DNA of 64,000 nt from a virus (Duplodnaviria > Heunggongvirae > Uroviricota > Caudoviricetes): the IMG/VR virus record IMGVR_UViG_3300034019_002140; one strand, 5' to 3'. Positions 1-10,257 of the stretch are shown in pieces. The position numbers and the translations under genes were made by a program. The notes under the pieces are model-generated. The model did not search any database. It had not been told where the DNA came from and saw only the letters and a list, made by a program, of their open reading frames with translations. Within the stretch, counting starts at the first letter, position 1; each line of letters opens with the position of its first letter.

Positions 1-1
1 A

Positions 2-2593
2 CCTTCTAGTCCTACTCCAACTCAGACCCAAACCCCAAATACTACTCCAACTCAAACACCGACACCCACAAGTACCCCTTTGAATATTGTCCAATTCCAA
101 GATTGTGATAATTTAGAATTTATCTTTAGATTCGGTGGTCCATCAATGATGGCATTACCCTTGGATGAAACATATTACATCTCAGGAAGTTTGGAGTTTT
201 CGGGATGTGCTACAGTGGTTTCTGGATTTGAGACAGGACCAATCTATAATTCGAATGGTGTTACATTTACTAATATTGCGGGATGTGAAGCAGATGTTTG
301 TCCGAGAACTAATTGGAGGGCAGCTCTTTTTGCCAGATGTTCAGACGGGGCTGTATTATATGCCACTGTTGATGAAGATGTTGCTTTCGATGGGGCGGCC
401 TACATCTACCAAGGGGAATGTTATGAGTTTATTGAATTTTCAGGACCTGGTGGACCATATTTTGGGGAGCCTGATTTTAAAAGTTGTTTCTATTGTAAAA
501 CTACACCAACCCCCACAATTACATCAGCAACACCAACTATTACCCCCACACCTTCTCCAACTCCATCGGGTTGTACTAGCACTGATTTTTGTCTTCAAAC
601 TAATTTACCATCACTCAGTGCATACACTGGAAACTACAGTGAAGGTTCATTTTTTAACAACAGACCAACATACTCTGGTGATGGTTTAACAACCGCCGTA
701 ATTTATTATTTTACATCCTCAACAGAAAATTATTGGTGTCTTTCTGAAACTTTGGGAGGAGCCTGTATATTACAAGGTGCAACACCTTTGTACTCTAGTT
801 GTCCTGATATATCTGCGAATTTTTTCAACTCAGGTCCGTGTCCAACCCCAACTCCATCTCCATCGGCATGTACAATTGATTTTGTTGCGTATTTTGATTG
901 TGATTGGGAACCTGTACCAACCCCATCGCCTAGTATAGATTGTGATGATGTTGATTTTACATTTACAGGATTTGGACTTACACCTACACCTTCAGCAACG
1001 GTTGGTTGTTCAGGAAAAAGTGTCTTGTTCAGTGTTTTACAATCTACACCTACGGCCACACCATCACCTACTCCTACTAAAACTCCTGTTGCTTCACCCA
1101 TCCCAGCTGGTGGGTTGGTAAGTTTCAACATAGTGAATTCACCATTCAACTGTGTGAATGTGAAAATATTAGAAAATTGTTCAACAGGAGAAAGATATTA
1201 TACCGCGAGTGATTTGGTGGTCGGAAATAACGTTGTGGTACCAGGCACTGTGATTTATGCCACTCTGAACGGTAATCCTATGTGTGTAACCTACGTGGGT
1301 GATACAGAGACATTATCTCCTAACACAATAGTAACTGATATTCAAAATGTGTTTGGTAATTGTTCATTCTGTTTACCAACACAAACAGCAACAATTACTC
1401 CGACTCCGACTAAAACACCTACTGCCACTCAAACACCTACTCAAACTCAGACATCCACTCAAACACCTACTCAAACTCCGACGAGAACACCACAAATTAC
1501 ACCAAGTCCAACTCAATCAATTGGAGCAACACCTGAACCCACTCCCACTCAAACACCGACCATGACCAAAACACCTACTAATACCCCATCTATTACACCA
1601 TCTAATACACCTACACCAAGTTGTGCGGCATGTATAAACTATTTGGTTTTGATTGACGATGGTTCACCTAATTATAATCAATATTCATTTGAGTATTTCA
1701 GTTGTGATGGTACGTTGGAAACAACATTATTGGCTAACCAAGCTAAAAATGCGGTTTGTGCAGTTGAGGGTACCTTGGTTTGCACCGAATTGGTTCCACC
1801 GCCATTTATTGCGAGTCAAAGGGGATTCTGTGGTAACATTTGTACACCACCACCAACACCATCTGCAACACCAACTATTTATTATGTTTTCAAACAATGT
1901 GACCAAATAGACAGTGCCACAATTGTTTTCCAAACGTCACCACTTCAGTTCCCAATTACACTGAATAAAACTTTCAGACAAGGAAATTATTGTTGGGAAT
2001 ATTTGGGTATTGTGACAACACCATATTCAAATCCTGGTACTACACAAATAATTTGGACAGGTAACTATTTCGCAGGATTCGGACAAGTACAATACAATGA
2101 TTGTACAACATGTTTATCACAGACAGTTCCTGTAACGTTCCAATGGTCAGTGGAGGAATCAATAGATTTAATTATACCAAGCGGTAATACAACAAACTTG
2201 AATAGTCCCAACTATGGAACTAAGTTTACCACAGGTGACCCTAACTTCAATTTCGAATTGTTCCCTGACTCAGAGGTGATTGCTGGAGGTGGAGTAGTTT
2301 CGAAACTTGTAAACATACCAATATCAGGCGGGACTTCTTATCAGTATGATTTTATAGATTTAGGTGTAATAATTTCAGCGAGTACACCTTACTTAGTATT
2401 CAACGTGAACACTTACATAAACAACGTATTTATTGGTACTAAAGTAGAATTTAGACCAAACAATTTATCGATTCCAAATGGTGAGATTTTAACATCAGTA
2501 TTGTCTGATATAAATTGTATATCAGTACCTTGTCCTAAAGATTTGAGTGCGGGTGACATAATATATTTCGAAATAACTTATCCACAATCATAA
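2..2593 (+). CDS. 5'-truncated large modular structural protein: Cys-rich globular modules joined by Pro/Thr (PTPTPS) linkers, fibre/adhesin-like. The reading frame is open from window position 2.
   Basis: The frame beginning at nt 2 (PSSPTPTQTQTPNTTPTQTPTPTST...) runs without a stop into the ORF-track ORF 80..2593, so the gene begins upstream of the window. There are multiple PT-rich linkers between Cys-containing modules. Confidence 0.6.
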   Translation, partial: PSSPTPTQTQTPNTTPTQTPTPTSTPLNIVQFQDCDNLEFIFRFGGPSMMALPLDETYYISGSLEFSGCATVVSGFETGPIYNSNGVTFTNIAGCEADVCPRTNWRAALFARCSDGAVLYATVDEDVAFDGAAYIYQGECYEFIEFSGPGGPYFGEPDFKSCFYCKTTPTPTITSATPTITPTPSPTPSGCTSTDFCLQTNLPSLSAYTGNYSEGSFFNNRPTYSGDGLTTAVIYYFTSSTENYWCLSETLGGACILQGATPLYSSCPDISANFFNSGPCPTPTPSPSACTIDFVAYFDCDWEPVPTPSPSIDCDDVDFTFTGFGLTPTPSATVGCSGKSVLFSVLQSTPTATPSPTPTKTPVASPIPAGGLVSFNIVNSPFNCVNVKILENCSTGERYYTASDLVVGNNVVVPGTVIYATLNGNPMCVTYVGDTETLSPNTIVTDIQNVFGNCSFCLPTQTATITPTPTKTPTATQTPTQTQTSTQTPTQTPTRTPQITPSPTQSIGATPEPTPTQTPTMTKTPTNTPSITPSNTPTPSCAACINYLVLIDDGSPNYNQYSFEYFSCDGTLETTLLANQAKNAVCAVEGTLVCTELVPPPFIASQRGFCGNICTPPPTPSATPTIYYVFKQCDQIDSATIVFQTSPLQFPITLNKTFRQGNYCWEYLGIVTTPYSNPGTTQIIWTGNYFAGFGQVQYNDCTTCLSQTVPVTFQWSVEESIDLIIPSGNTTNLNSPNYGTKFTTGDPNFNFELFPDSEVIAGGGVVSKLVNIPISGGTSYQYDFIDLGVIISASTPYLVFNVNTYINNVFIGTKVEFRPNNLSIPNGEILTSVLSDINCISVPCPKDLSAGDIIYFEITYPQS

Positions 2594-2594
2594 T

Positions 2595-2807
2595 ATGTCA
2601 AAACTTATTTCAATAGATGCGGTTACAGGTACCTCTCCATATGATGTCTACATATGTGATGAACTCGGTACAAATTGTTTCTATATAACAGAAACATCAA
2701 CAATACCTTTCACTTTTGAAATACCAAAACCTTACGACGAACTTACTGTTTATATGTTAAAATTAGTCGATGCTCAAGGTTGCCAAATAATCAATACTGC
2801 AGAATGA
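2595..2807 (+). CDS. Small structural-associated protein. Its ~60-aa domain is paralogous to the N-terminus of the next gene.
   Basis: [32 protein letters not shown] aligns with [31 protein letters not shown] in the next ORF. It starts 2 nt after the stop of the upstream gene. Confidence 0.4.
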   Translation: MSKLISIDAVTGTSPYDVYICDELGTNCFYITETSTIPFTFEIPKPYDELTVYMLKLVDAQGCQIINTAE

Positions 2808-3460
2808 GTGAACAAATAACCATAAAATCTTTAACTGCTAACACCCCCGTAGACATTTATTATTGTGACGCAATGAGTGCCTCATGTGTGTACGTCTCAA
2901 CAGTTGCGACTTTTCCATTTGTTTTTGATGTTCCAGTGCCTTATTGTGACTCTGATTTCATAATAAAAATTGTTGATACTCAGGGTTGTGAGTTAGGTTT
3001 ACCATTTCCGATTACTCCCACACCTACACCGAGTTTTACTCCAACACCAACCATAAGCCCAACTCAAACTCTAACTCAAACACAAACACCCACGGTTTCA
3101 CCAACACAATCACCGAGTAATACTCCAACTTTAACATCTACTCCCACCCAAACACCTACTATTTCTGTGACACCAAACATCGCCTCACATGCTGTGGGTC
3201 AGGGTTGTACAGATAGAACGTGGCCTTCATCAGGTGAATGTTGTAACGACCATGTAACAATTCAAAATTATTATACTTATATTGCCGAAGCTAACTTAGT
3301 ACCTGTTGTAGGTGCTAAAGTTTATACAGTACAAAATAATTCTGTTCTTTATTCACCGTTCAATGGTGGAAGTAATTGGTTACTTATGGAGTTCAATGGA
3401 AACAACTATTCAGTCCAAATTGATTCTTCAGGAATTATCTTGGATTATGGTTTATGTTGA
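2804..3460 (+). CDS. Modular structural protein: paralogous N-terminal domain, PT linker, then a C-terminal domain.
   Basis: The ATG at 2804 overlaps the TGA of the upstream gene (ATGA coupling). The ORF-track start at 2780 lies inside the upstream gene and is less likely. A PT-rich linker is present ([19 protein letters not shown]...). Confidence 0.5.
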   Translation: MSEQITIKSLTANTPVDIYYCDAMSASCVYVSTVATFPFVFDVPVPYCDSDFIIKIVDTQGCELGLPFPITPTPTPSFTPTPTISPTQTLTQTQTPTVSPTQSPSNTPTLTSTPTQTPTISVTPNIASHAVGQGCTDRTWPSSGECCNDHVTIQNYYTYIAEANLVPVVGAKVYTVQNNSVLYSPFNGGSNWLLMEFNGNNYSVQIDSSGIILDYGLC

Positions 3461-3517
3461 TTTTAGATTTATAAAATAATTCTAATCCTTATAATTATAG
3501 GATATACATTAGTTTAA

Positions 3518-5623
3518 ATGTCGTGTTCTAAGTATCTTATTTATAGTGAAAATGATGGTAATTGGTACGCCACCCATTGTGGTGGTACAGATGCAAGTGG
3601 ACCTATAGTAGGTGGTACTGCAGTTTATACAGATTGTATTATTGATGGAACTTTAGCTACTTCAAGAGGAACAATAATTTTAGAAATCACAGATTGTGTG
3701 GATACAACACCCACACCTACACCTGTGGTCTGTGGTCAAGGTATAACCGATGTAGGTTATTATTATACAGACTGCTGTGGAAATTTCGTAAGAGGTAATA
3801 CTCCAGGACAGATAGTTTCATTAAACTACGGTCTACCATACAACGGAATTAAAATTCTGAATGTTCCTACTTCAGAAATTTGTGCAACTCCTACCCAAAC
3901 TCCTACAACCTCCCAAACTCCCACTCCAACACCTAATTCAACCCCAACTCTAACGCCATCAATAACACAAAGTGCAACACCAACACTCACACCAACACCA
4001 AGTCAAACTCCTGCAGTTGTTTACTATAACGAGTGTGAACCTATTACTATTTTTCCTATGGAAATTGAGTGTATAACAGTTCAAAATCCAACTACTTCAA
4101 CTTCTTTTGATGGTATTTTATATGTAAATGTCACTGGTGGTACCCCTCCTTATAATTTTTATTGGAATACCGGTGAAAGAAGTCAGACTATTTCAAATGC
4201 ACCTGTGGGAAACTATACGGTTCTTGTAATAGATTACTATGGAGACTTTTCAGCAACAACAACATGTTCGTTGATTGGGCCCACTTCAACTGCTACTCCG
4301 ACACCTACTCTTACAATGACACCAACGCCAAGTTTGAGTTTAACAAGTTTGTGTCTGTTATTCACACCTCTTGGAAGCTACGGTTCATCAGGTCAACAAG
4401 CGGGTCTTCAGCTTACTTTCGTTCCATCGGGTAATGCTAATGGTAAACCAACATGGTATAATAGTTCTCAGAACCTGACTATCACTTGGTCAATTACGAA
4501 CAATAGATGGGAAATAACTAATTGGAGTTACGGAGGTATACCAGTAAACACAAATCCAAGCTTGATACCTTCGAGTGGTTGGGTGATTTTAGGTACACCA
4601 ACAACTTATGGAACAATTATCTCAACAGTTGGTAATTGTCCAACAGTGACTCCTCTTACATACACTTTACAAGTAGTACCTTCAAGTTGTAATACAGGTA
4701 CTTGTACTGGCTCAATTTTTGTAAACACTCAAGGAGGTGTTCCCCCATATTCATATTCAATCGATTCGCAAAACTACCAATCAAGTAATATATTCTTGAA
4801 TCTTTGTCCAACTACATATGGACTAATAGTCAAAGACTCTTTGGGAACTATACTTACCCAATCTGTGACAATAACATATAATTCTACCTTTACAACTTAT
4901 ACATTATCACTTGTTGTCGACGGAGTGACAAATCTGAATCAAAACACTAGAAGGATAGACTGGCATGTAGAAGTGGTGCCACCTCTACCTGCGGGACCTT
5001 CTATCGAATTTACTTATTTGGTCAATTCGGTACAACAAAAACAAGGACCTTTTAATGCTAGTCCTAACACGACTATGACAATTACAAGTTCTAACAACAT
5101 AGAAAAGAACCAAGTGCCGATTGTTTTGGCTGTGAATTCAACTTCAGTTCAAACATTACCTAATGTGTGTTCTCCTTCGACTTTGACTATGGAACAAACT
5201 TCCATTTCTCAAAGTAAAAATGTTACTATATCTGCAAACGATACGTTCAGTGGTAATTCTTTATCATTCATTGATGTGTTCAATCCTACTACTCAGGACA
5301 ATTGTGTGTCTACAGGGGTACAAGATATTGGTATTTCATTGCAGAATGTTACGTTAAAGGGTGGAGTTTGTGCGAATGTTGAATATATTCAGGAACCTAT
5401 AACACTCACTCACAGAGTTGTTGGCGTTTTGACTAGTTTGGCCTGTTTAGCTTATACTTGTACGCCTTCAACACCATATGGATTGAGTATCGAGTGGGAA
5501 GATTGTAATGGAAATTACACAACTCAAACATTCTTTGGGGCTACAACTGTTTGTGCAAGGGAAGGTACTTTGAACATAACCAACGGCTCAGGTATAATAC
5601 AAAACATAGGAAGTTGTTCATAA
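3518..5623 (+). CDS. Large PT-linker modular protein carrying two SprB-type repeats and a C-terminal Cys domain shared with the minus-strand gene 57045..58253. Putative adhesin / receptor-binding protein.
   Basis: GGTPPYNFYWNTGERSQTISNAPVGNYTVLVIDYYG and GGVPPYSYSIDSQNYQSSNIFLNLCPTTYGLIVKDSLG match the SprB repeat pattern (GG-x-PY-x-Y-W ... G-x-Y-x-V-x-V-x-D). The C-terminus SIEWEDCNGNYTTQTFFGATTVCAREGTLNITNGSG is similar to SIEWFDCGGSYFTQTFSGQLTICTDGSGYTVTIG in the 57045 gene. Confidence 0.6.
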   Translation: MSCSKYLIYSENDGNWYATHCGGTDASGPIVGGTAVYTDCIIDGTLATSRGTIILEITDCVDTTPTPTPVVCGQGITDVGYYYTDCCGNFVRGNTPGQIVSLNYGLPYNGIKILNVPTSEICATPTQTPTTSQTPTPTPNSTPTLTPSITQSATPTLTPTPSQTPAVVYYNECEPITIFPMEIECITVQNPTTSTSFDGILYVNVTGGTPPYNFYWNTGERSQTISNAPVGNYTVLVIDYYGDFSATTTCSLIGPTSTATPTPTLTMTPTPSLSLTSLCLLFTPLGSYGSSGQQAGLQLTFVPSGNANGKPTWYNSSQNLTITWSITNNRWEITNWSYGGIPVNTNPSLIPSSGWVILGTPTTYGTIISTVGNCPTVTPLTYTLQVVPSSCNTGTCTGSIFVNTQGGVPPYSYSIDSQNYQSSNIFLNLCPTTYGLIVKDSLGTILTQSVTITYNSTFTTYTLSLVVDGVTNLNQNTRRIDWHVEVVPPLPAGPSIEFTYLVNSVQQKQGPFNASPNTTMTITSSNNIEKNQVPIVLAVNSTSVQTLPNVCSPSTLTMEQTSISQSKNVTISANDTFSGNSLSFIDVFNPTTQDNCVSTGVQDIGISLQNVTLKGGVCANVEYIQEPITLTHRVVGVLTSLACLAYTCTPSTPYGLSIEWEDCNGNYTTQTFFGATTVCAREGTLNITNGSGIIQNIGSCS

Positions 5624-5647
5624 TCAAAAATTCAATATTTATTTTAG

Positions 5648-7894
5648 ATGTCATATATTATAAAAAATACTTCAGGTTTAATTAGTACCAGACTTACGGA
5701 TGTAGGGAGGAGAAAAATATCTCAGGGAAATTTTCAAATTTCTTACTTTCAAATTGGTGATAGCGAAGTTAGCTATTCAGCTGCAACTCCATACAATCAG
5801 GTAAGGAACAATATTTTAATGCCATCTTTCAACGCACAAAATGATACAGGATATCCTCAATCCAACAAAGAGGAAATAAAATACCCATATTATGTACAAA
5901 GTGGTTCTGGTATTAAATATGGTATTCCATTCATGGATAGTGGATATGATATTGTTTACAACACTCAGGGTCCTAAAGGATTCTTTTCTGCATCCACAGC
6001 GACTACAATCGTACAAACAAGTTCGGCCTACACAGTAACGTCGAATTATTTCATAGATATGACTACTTTGTCTGGTCAAACAGACATTTATTTGGATTTT
6101 GATTATTGTTCTGCAACTTCAGGAACTCCAAGCATTGGTGATTTCATAACAATTTATTTTGATGGTGTTGGAGATTGTAACTCAATAAATACAGTACCTA
6201 TTCTTACATACCAAATCGTAGGTTTAGTTCCATCGACGGGAACAACCGCGCAAACACCTTGGCACGTTTATCTTGACAGACCAGTACCAAATTATACCGG
6301 AACGACTACTTCAGGAAATTATGCTCGAGCCCAAATTTATCCTTCAGGGATGACAGTTCTATATGATTCGGAGGTTCCTCAAATATATTGGGACCCAACT
6401 ACTTTGACATTTGACGAACCATGTAGTATTCTAAATAAGGAAACTCCGGTCTGGAATATGAATATTCCTTGGTCGGAAAATCCTGCAGGATTATTTCCAA
6501 GTACTTATCAAGATTATTCGACTTACTCTGCGGTAACTTATTTAGGTAGTAAAGAATACTTTGGTTACCAAGAGTCTTCAGGTCAAACCTTTTTTGTTTC
6601 TAATAGATTCAGTGCCGAAACTACTGACACCTACTACTACAATTCATATGATGAAAAAATAAATGTTTTACCAAAAAATCAAAAAGCGATTGCAATAGTA
6701 CATTTCACTAATCAGGATATTGATTTTCCTTATGGTGAAAAGTTTGCAACTTTACCTTTTGACCCTCAAAACCCAACTAACCAGACTGGTTTGGCTAGAC
6801 ACCTGAAAGTAAAACTTCCCACTTTAATGTGGCACAAATCCACGGGAAATACTATTGGTCAAACTTTTATGATTGACCCACCAGGTTATAATCTATGTGT
6901 CCCACATTACATGAAATCATCTAAGAATCCTGATATGAACGACCCGGGTTTAAGGTACTTCCAATTGTGGGATTTGAACCCAGATACGAATGGTAATTTA
7001 AACAGGGTTGGTAAAGTTTTTCCTGATTCTCAGACAATTATTTTTGATGACGAAGAGATTGTTGCGGCTATGTCTTATAAAGCTAACAGAAATTGGACAC
7101 TACCTGCACCCCGTCTTTCAACTGTTCCACCAAACCTTTGTGATTCTAATCAAACAGGTACGCCATTGTTCACAAATCCAAGTGAGAGACTTTGGTTGAC
7201 GTATTTGTTCACGAATACAGGATTTACCAATTCTCTACATTGTAATTATTATTCACAAGTATTGGCTCCTACAGGTACCTCTGTAACGAATCCTTTCAAC
7301 GTCATTACAAAATTTGGACCTGAGTTTCCTTTTATGAGTCAAAATTTTGGACCAATACCTTTGAGTGGTTTCACAGGATTTGTTGCCAACAATTTGATTC
7401 TTCTCGTACAGAAAGTAACGGGTGATACTAAACCCTCTTCAACCTCTTGGAGAAGAATTGACGTCACTAATTCTATGAGTGCAAATACCATAAATGGATA
7501 TTTGACAATGAGTGGAATGACAGGAACTACCTTCCAAATTGATGGCGACATGTACAACGCCGCAGCCTCCAATTTGTATAATTTAGCTAACTACATAAAT
7601 ATTCCTCTTTGGGGTGCTACAGGTCAAACATTGAATTTCGGTCAGGAATACTATTTCTATGGTAATTTTGAAACGGACATTTCGGCAACAATATACGAAA
7701 TGAGATACAAAGTTACACTCGGAAGAAATCAATTCACAAATACAACAAATCCGACTTGGCAATCGGGGACCACTTCATACATTACTGAAATAGGTCTATT
7801 TGACGAAAATTATGATTTGTTAGTTCTATCAAAATTACAATCCCCCCAAATTAGACAGGGTATTCAGCAATTTTTGGTCAAATTAGATTTCTAA
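5648..7894 (+). CDS. Large hypothetical protein (748 aa), probably virion/structural.
   Basis: Long uninterrupted ORF following the fibre-like genes. No motif recognised. Confidence 0.5.
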   Translation: MSYIIKNTSGLISTRLTDVGRRKISQGNFQISYFQIGDSEVSYSAATPYNQVRNNILMPSFNAQNDTGYPQSNKEEIKYPYYVQSGSGIKYGIPFMDSGYDIVYNTQGPKGFFSASTATTIVQTSSAYTVTSNYFIDMTTLSGQTDIYLDFDYCSATSGTPSIGDFITIYFDGVGDCNSINTVPILTYQIVGLVPSTGTTAQTPWHVYLDRPVPNYTGTTTSGNYARAQIYPSGMTVLYDSEVPQIYWDPTTLTFDEPCSILNKETPVWNMNIPWSENPAGLFPSTYQDYSTYSAVTYLGSKEYFGYQESSGQTFFVSNRFSAETTDTYYYNSYDEKINVLPKNQKAIAIVHFTNQDIDFPYGEKFATLPFDPQNPTNQTGLARHLKVKLPTLMWHKSTGNTIGQTFMIDPPGYNLCVPHYMKSSKNPDMNDPGLRYFQLWDLNPDTNGNLNRVGKVFPDSQTIIFDDEEIVAAMSYKANRNWTLPAPRLSTVPPNLCDSNQTGTPLFTNPSERLWLTYLFTNTGFTNSLHCNYYSQVLAPTGTSVTNPFNVITKFGPEFPFMSQNFGPIPLSGFTGFVANNLILLVQKVTGDTKPSSTSWRRIDVTNSMSANTINGYLTMSGMTGTTFQIDGDMYNAAASNLYNLANYINIPLWGATGQTLNFGQEYYFYGNFETDISATIYEMRYKVTLGRNQFTNTTNPTWQSGTTSYITEIGLFDENYDLLVLSKLQSPQIRQGIQQFLVKLDF

Positions 7895-7949
7895 TCTATT
7901 CATTACTTGCACAAGTAGGTTATATTTTTATCTATTATTCATTTAATAC

Positions 7950-8570
7950 ATGAGAAGTGGTAAAAAAAACAAAAAAGATGTTAAAATAGATTCACCCAAA
8001 GTTTTGGGATTGGACGTTTCTACTAAAACAATAGGATTTGCTTTATTTGATATTGGAACCAAAAATTTGTTGGAATTGACTCACGTTTCACCTCGACCAA
8101 TAAAAAAAACTGAAAGTAAAATTGAAGAATTACTTTTGAAAAGTCAGGTGTTCAGAAAAAAACTTGAACAATACGTAGGTTTGGGAATCGAGAAAGTTAT
8201 AATTGAAGAACCATTATTGAACTCCAACAACATATATACAGTTGGAACTCTGATGAGATATAACACACTCATTTGTAGGGAGATTTATGATATATTAAAC
8301 ATAGTACCTGAGTTCATCTCAACATATAATTCAAGGAAGTTCGCCTTCCCTCATTTAGTTCAAAAAAACGACAAAGGAAAATTTGTTCTTTTTGGGGCAC
8401 ACCCAAAAGATTGTGATAAAAAGATGATTATTTGGGAACTTGTTGCAAAAAGAGAACCTCAAATTACGTGGCAGTACACTAGAAATAATACCCTGAGTAA
8501 AGAAAATTTTGACCAAACCGATGCTTACTGTGCGGCGTTGGGCTATATGAAGTCAAAAGAAATTTGGTGA
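7950..8570 (+). CDS. RuvC-like Holliday junction resolvase.
   Basis: N-terminal VLGLDVSTKTIGFALFD resembles RuvC motif I (hhGIDpG..t.G%a). There is an acidic IEEPLL segment and a C-terminal DAYCAALGYM, consistent with RuvC-fold catalytic residues. Confidence 0.5.
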   Translation: MRSGKKNKKDVKIDSPKVLGLDVSTKTIGFALFDIGTKNLLELTHVSPRPIKKTESKIEELLLKSQVFRKKLEQYVGLGIEKVIIEEPLLNSNNIYTVGTLMRYNTLICREIYDILNIVPEFISTYNSRKFAFPHLVQKNDKGKFVLFGAHPKDCDKKMIIWELVAKREPQITWQYTRNNTLSKENFDQTDAYCAALGYMKSKEIW

Positions 8571-8585
8571 TTTTTTTAAATTTAC

Positions 8586-8593
8586 TATCTTTG
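8586..8593 (+). promoter_or_regulatory. Bacteroidetes sigma-A -7 promoter motif TAnnTTTG (TATCTTTG) upstream of gene 8598.
   Basis: Exact match to the -7 consensus, 5 nt before the ATG. The same extended motif nnTATCTTTGT recurs at 55680, 56105, 58702, 62892 and 63653. Confidence 0.4.
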
Positions 8594-8597
8594 TGTT

Positions 8598-8960
8598 ATG
8601 TTACAAATGCAAAGAAGCGAACAAGCGCTCGAAAAAAGATATTTCATTAAAAAGTTTTCTACAGGTATAAAAGTAGATACTCAAAAGATTCGAGGACATT
8701 TCACAATTACAAGTTATAGGAAGTATTCTTACAAAGAAGAAGTTGATGTAGTTTTCAAAGGAGAAATTTTCTGTAAGATTGGAAGAACTCCGGCTCAGTG
8801 GTATGGAAATGAAATTATCGGTATCTATAAGAATATATCTAAGGTCAAATTGAATAGGTTACTTCGTAAAAGTTTATTCGAAGACGTTCGTAGAAGGTGC
8901 AGACTTTTCTCTGCTGACCTTTGGACTTACCATGATATAAAAAAAATAAAATGGAATTGA
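8598..8960 (+). CDS. Hypothetical protein.
   Basis: ORF preceded by a promoter motif. Basic protein. Confidence 0.35.
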   Translation: MLQMQRSEQALEKRYFIKKFSTGIKVDTQKIRGHFTITSYRKYSYKEEVDVVFKGEIFCKIGRTPAQWYGNEIIGIYKNISKVKLNRLLRKSLFEDVRRRCRLFSADLWTYHDIKKIKWN

Positions 8961-8961
8961 T

Positions 8962-9144
8962 ATGGAACTTGTAAAATTTTTGGTCACCGTTTGGTTTATC
9001 TTATTTTGTATCTTCGCTATTGGATTCTTTTTTGGAGTTATAATTGAAAATCATCTCAATGAAACAAACCCAATCAAGAAATGGTGGAGGAAACATATTG
9101 TTGCCCCCGACCCAGATGACAGTTGGAAAAATTTCAGAGGATAA
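8962..9144 (+). CDS. Small membrane protein.
   Basis: Hydrophobic helix FLVTVWFILFCIFAIGFFFGVII. Confidence 0.3.
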   Translation: MELVKFLVTVWFILFCIFAIGFFFGVIIENHLNETNPIKKWWRKHIVAPDPDDSWKNFRG

Positions 9145-10058
9145 TGCAAGACGAAGTCGAAGTATTGGTTGAATTACTTACTGATGTGCTTGGCGACCCC
9201 CATAATCATTATGAGTCCAAGGCGCAGATATCATTCGATTGTCCAGTCTGTGCGGCAGAAAAGGGTCTCGAAAACGGTGATGGTAAAGGTAACCTCGAAA
9301 TAAATTACTCAAGACATGTTTATAAATGTTGGGCTTGTGGTGAAACCTTGGGCACACATGGTCCCTTAGGTAAATTATTTGACAAATTCGGAACTAAAAA
9401 ACAAAAAAAGGTATATGAACTCATAAAACCTGAAGAACTCAAACAAGAGGAAAAGAAACGTGTCTGGTTCAGACTTCCAGAAGGGTACATGACGTTCAAA
9501 GATTCAAATCCAAGATTCATACCTCACATCGAAGCTTACAATTATTTAAAAAGTAGAGGTATCACCGATGAAATAATTGAGAAATATAAGATAGGTTATA
9601 CGGTGAAGGGGGATTTTGCTTACAGGATAATTGTTCCATCATACAATGCGGAAGGTCAATTAAATTATTTTGTGGCTAGGTCATGGACAAACAAGAAGAT
9701 GAAATATAAAAACCCGACCGCACAAAAAGACGAAATCATTTTCAATGAGGGTCTAATTGATTGGAACAAAGATATTTTCTTGGTCGAGGGAGTTTTTGAC
9801 TCATTCTTCTTGGAAAATCCAATTGTTATGTTGGGAAAAAAAATGAGTAGACTACTATTCGAAAATCTGTATAATAGGGCAAACGGAAACATTATAGTTT
9901 GTTGTGATGGAGATGCTTGGGAGGATGGTTTAAAAATCTATCATGAACTAAACGGAGGTAGACTCTATAACAAGGTAAAAATTGTCAAGTTACCTCGTGA
10001 TAAAGATATTTGTGATTTGAAAGGTCAAATTGATGAATATTATTTTGAGATAAAATAA
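9123..10058 (+). CDS. DNA primase with an N-terminal zinc-binding domain and a Toprim domain.
   Basis: CPVCAAEKG...CWACGETLG forms a CxxC...CxxC zinc finger. The Toprim acidic motifs are LVEGVFDSFF (E-G-x-x-D) and CCDGDAWEDG (DxD). Confidence 0.7.
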   Translation: MEKFQRIMQDEVEVLVELLTDVLGDPHNHYESKAQISFDCPVCAAEKGLENGDGKGNLEINYSRHVYKCWACGETLGTHGPLGKLFDKFGTKKQKKVYELIKPEELKQEEKKRVWFRLPEGYMTFKDSNPRFIPHIEAYNYLKSRGITDEIIEKYKIGYTVKGDFAYRIIVPSYNAEGQLNYFVARSWTNKKMKYKNPTAQKDEIIFNEGLIDWNKDIFLVEGVFDSFFLENPIVMLGKKMSRLLFENLYNRANGNIIVCCDGDAWEDGLKIYHELNGGRLYNKVKIVKLPRDKDICDLKGQIDEYYFEIK

Positions 10059-10257
10059 ATTTTGTAGTTTGATTGAGATTCCATATCTTAGCTAAAATTA
10101 CAGACATGACCTTTACAATCGACACCTACACAAGATTCAAACTTCAGTATCTGAAAGCTTCCAACAACAAAAAGGAAAAGTTTACTTTCGATGGTCATGA
10201 TTTTTTGACAGAGTATGCTAAATACTTACTCATGTATCTTAAACCAAAATTTGAAAA

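Noticed and set aside
165-1149. ORFs 165..689 (+) and 730..1149 (-) overlapping the first large gene.
   Set aside because: They lie entirely within the long PT-linker structural gene in other frames. Low-complexity translations (H/L/Q-rich and G/V-rich) are typical of spurious frames through Pro/Thr codon repeats.
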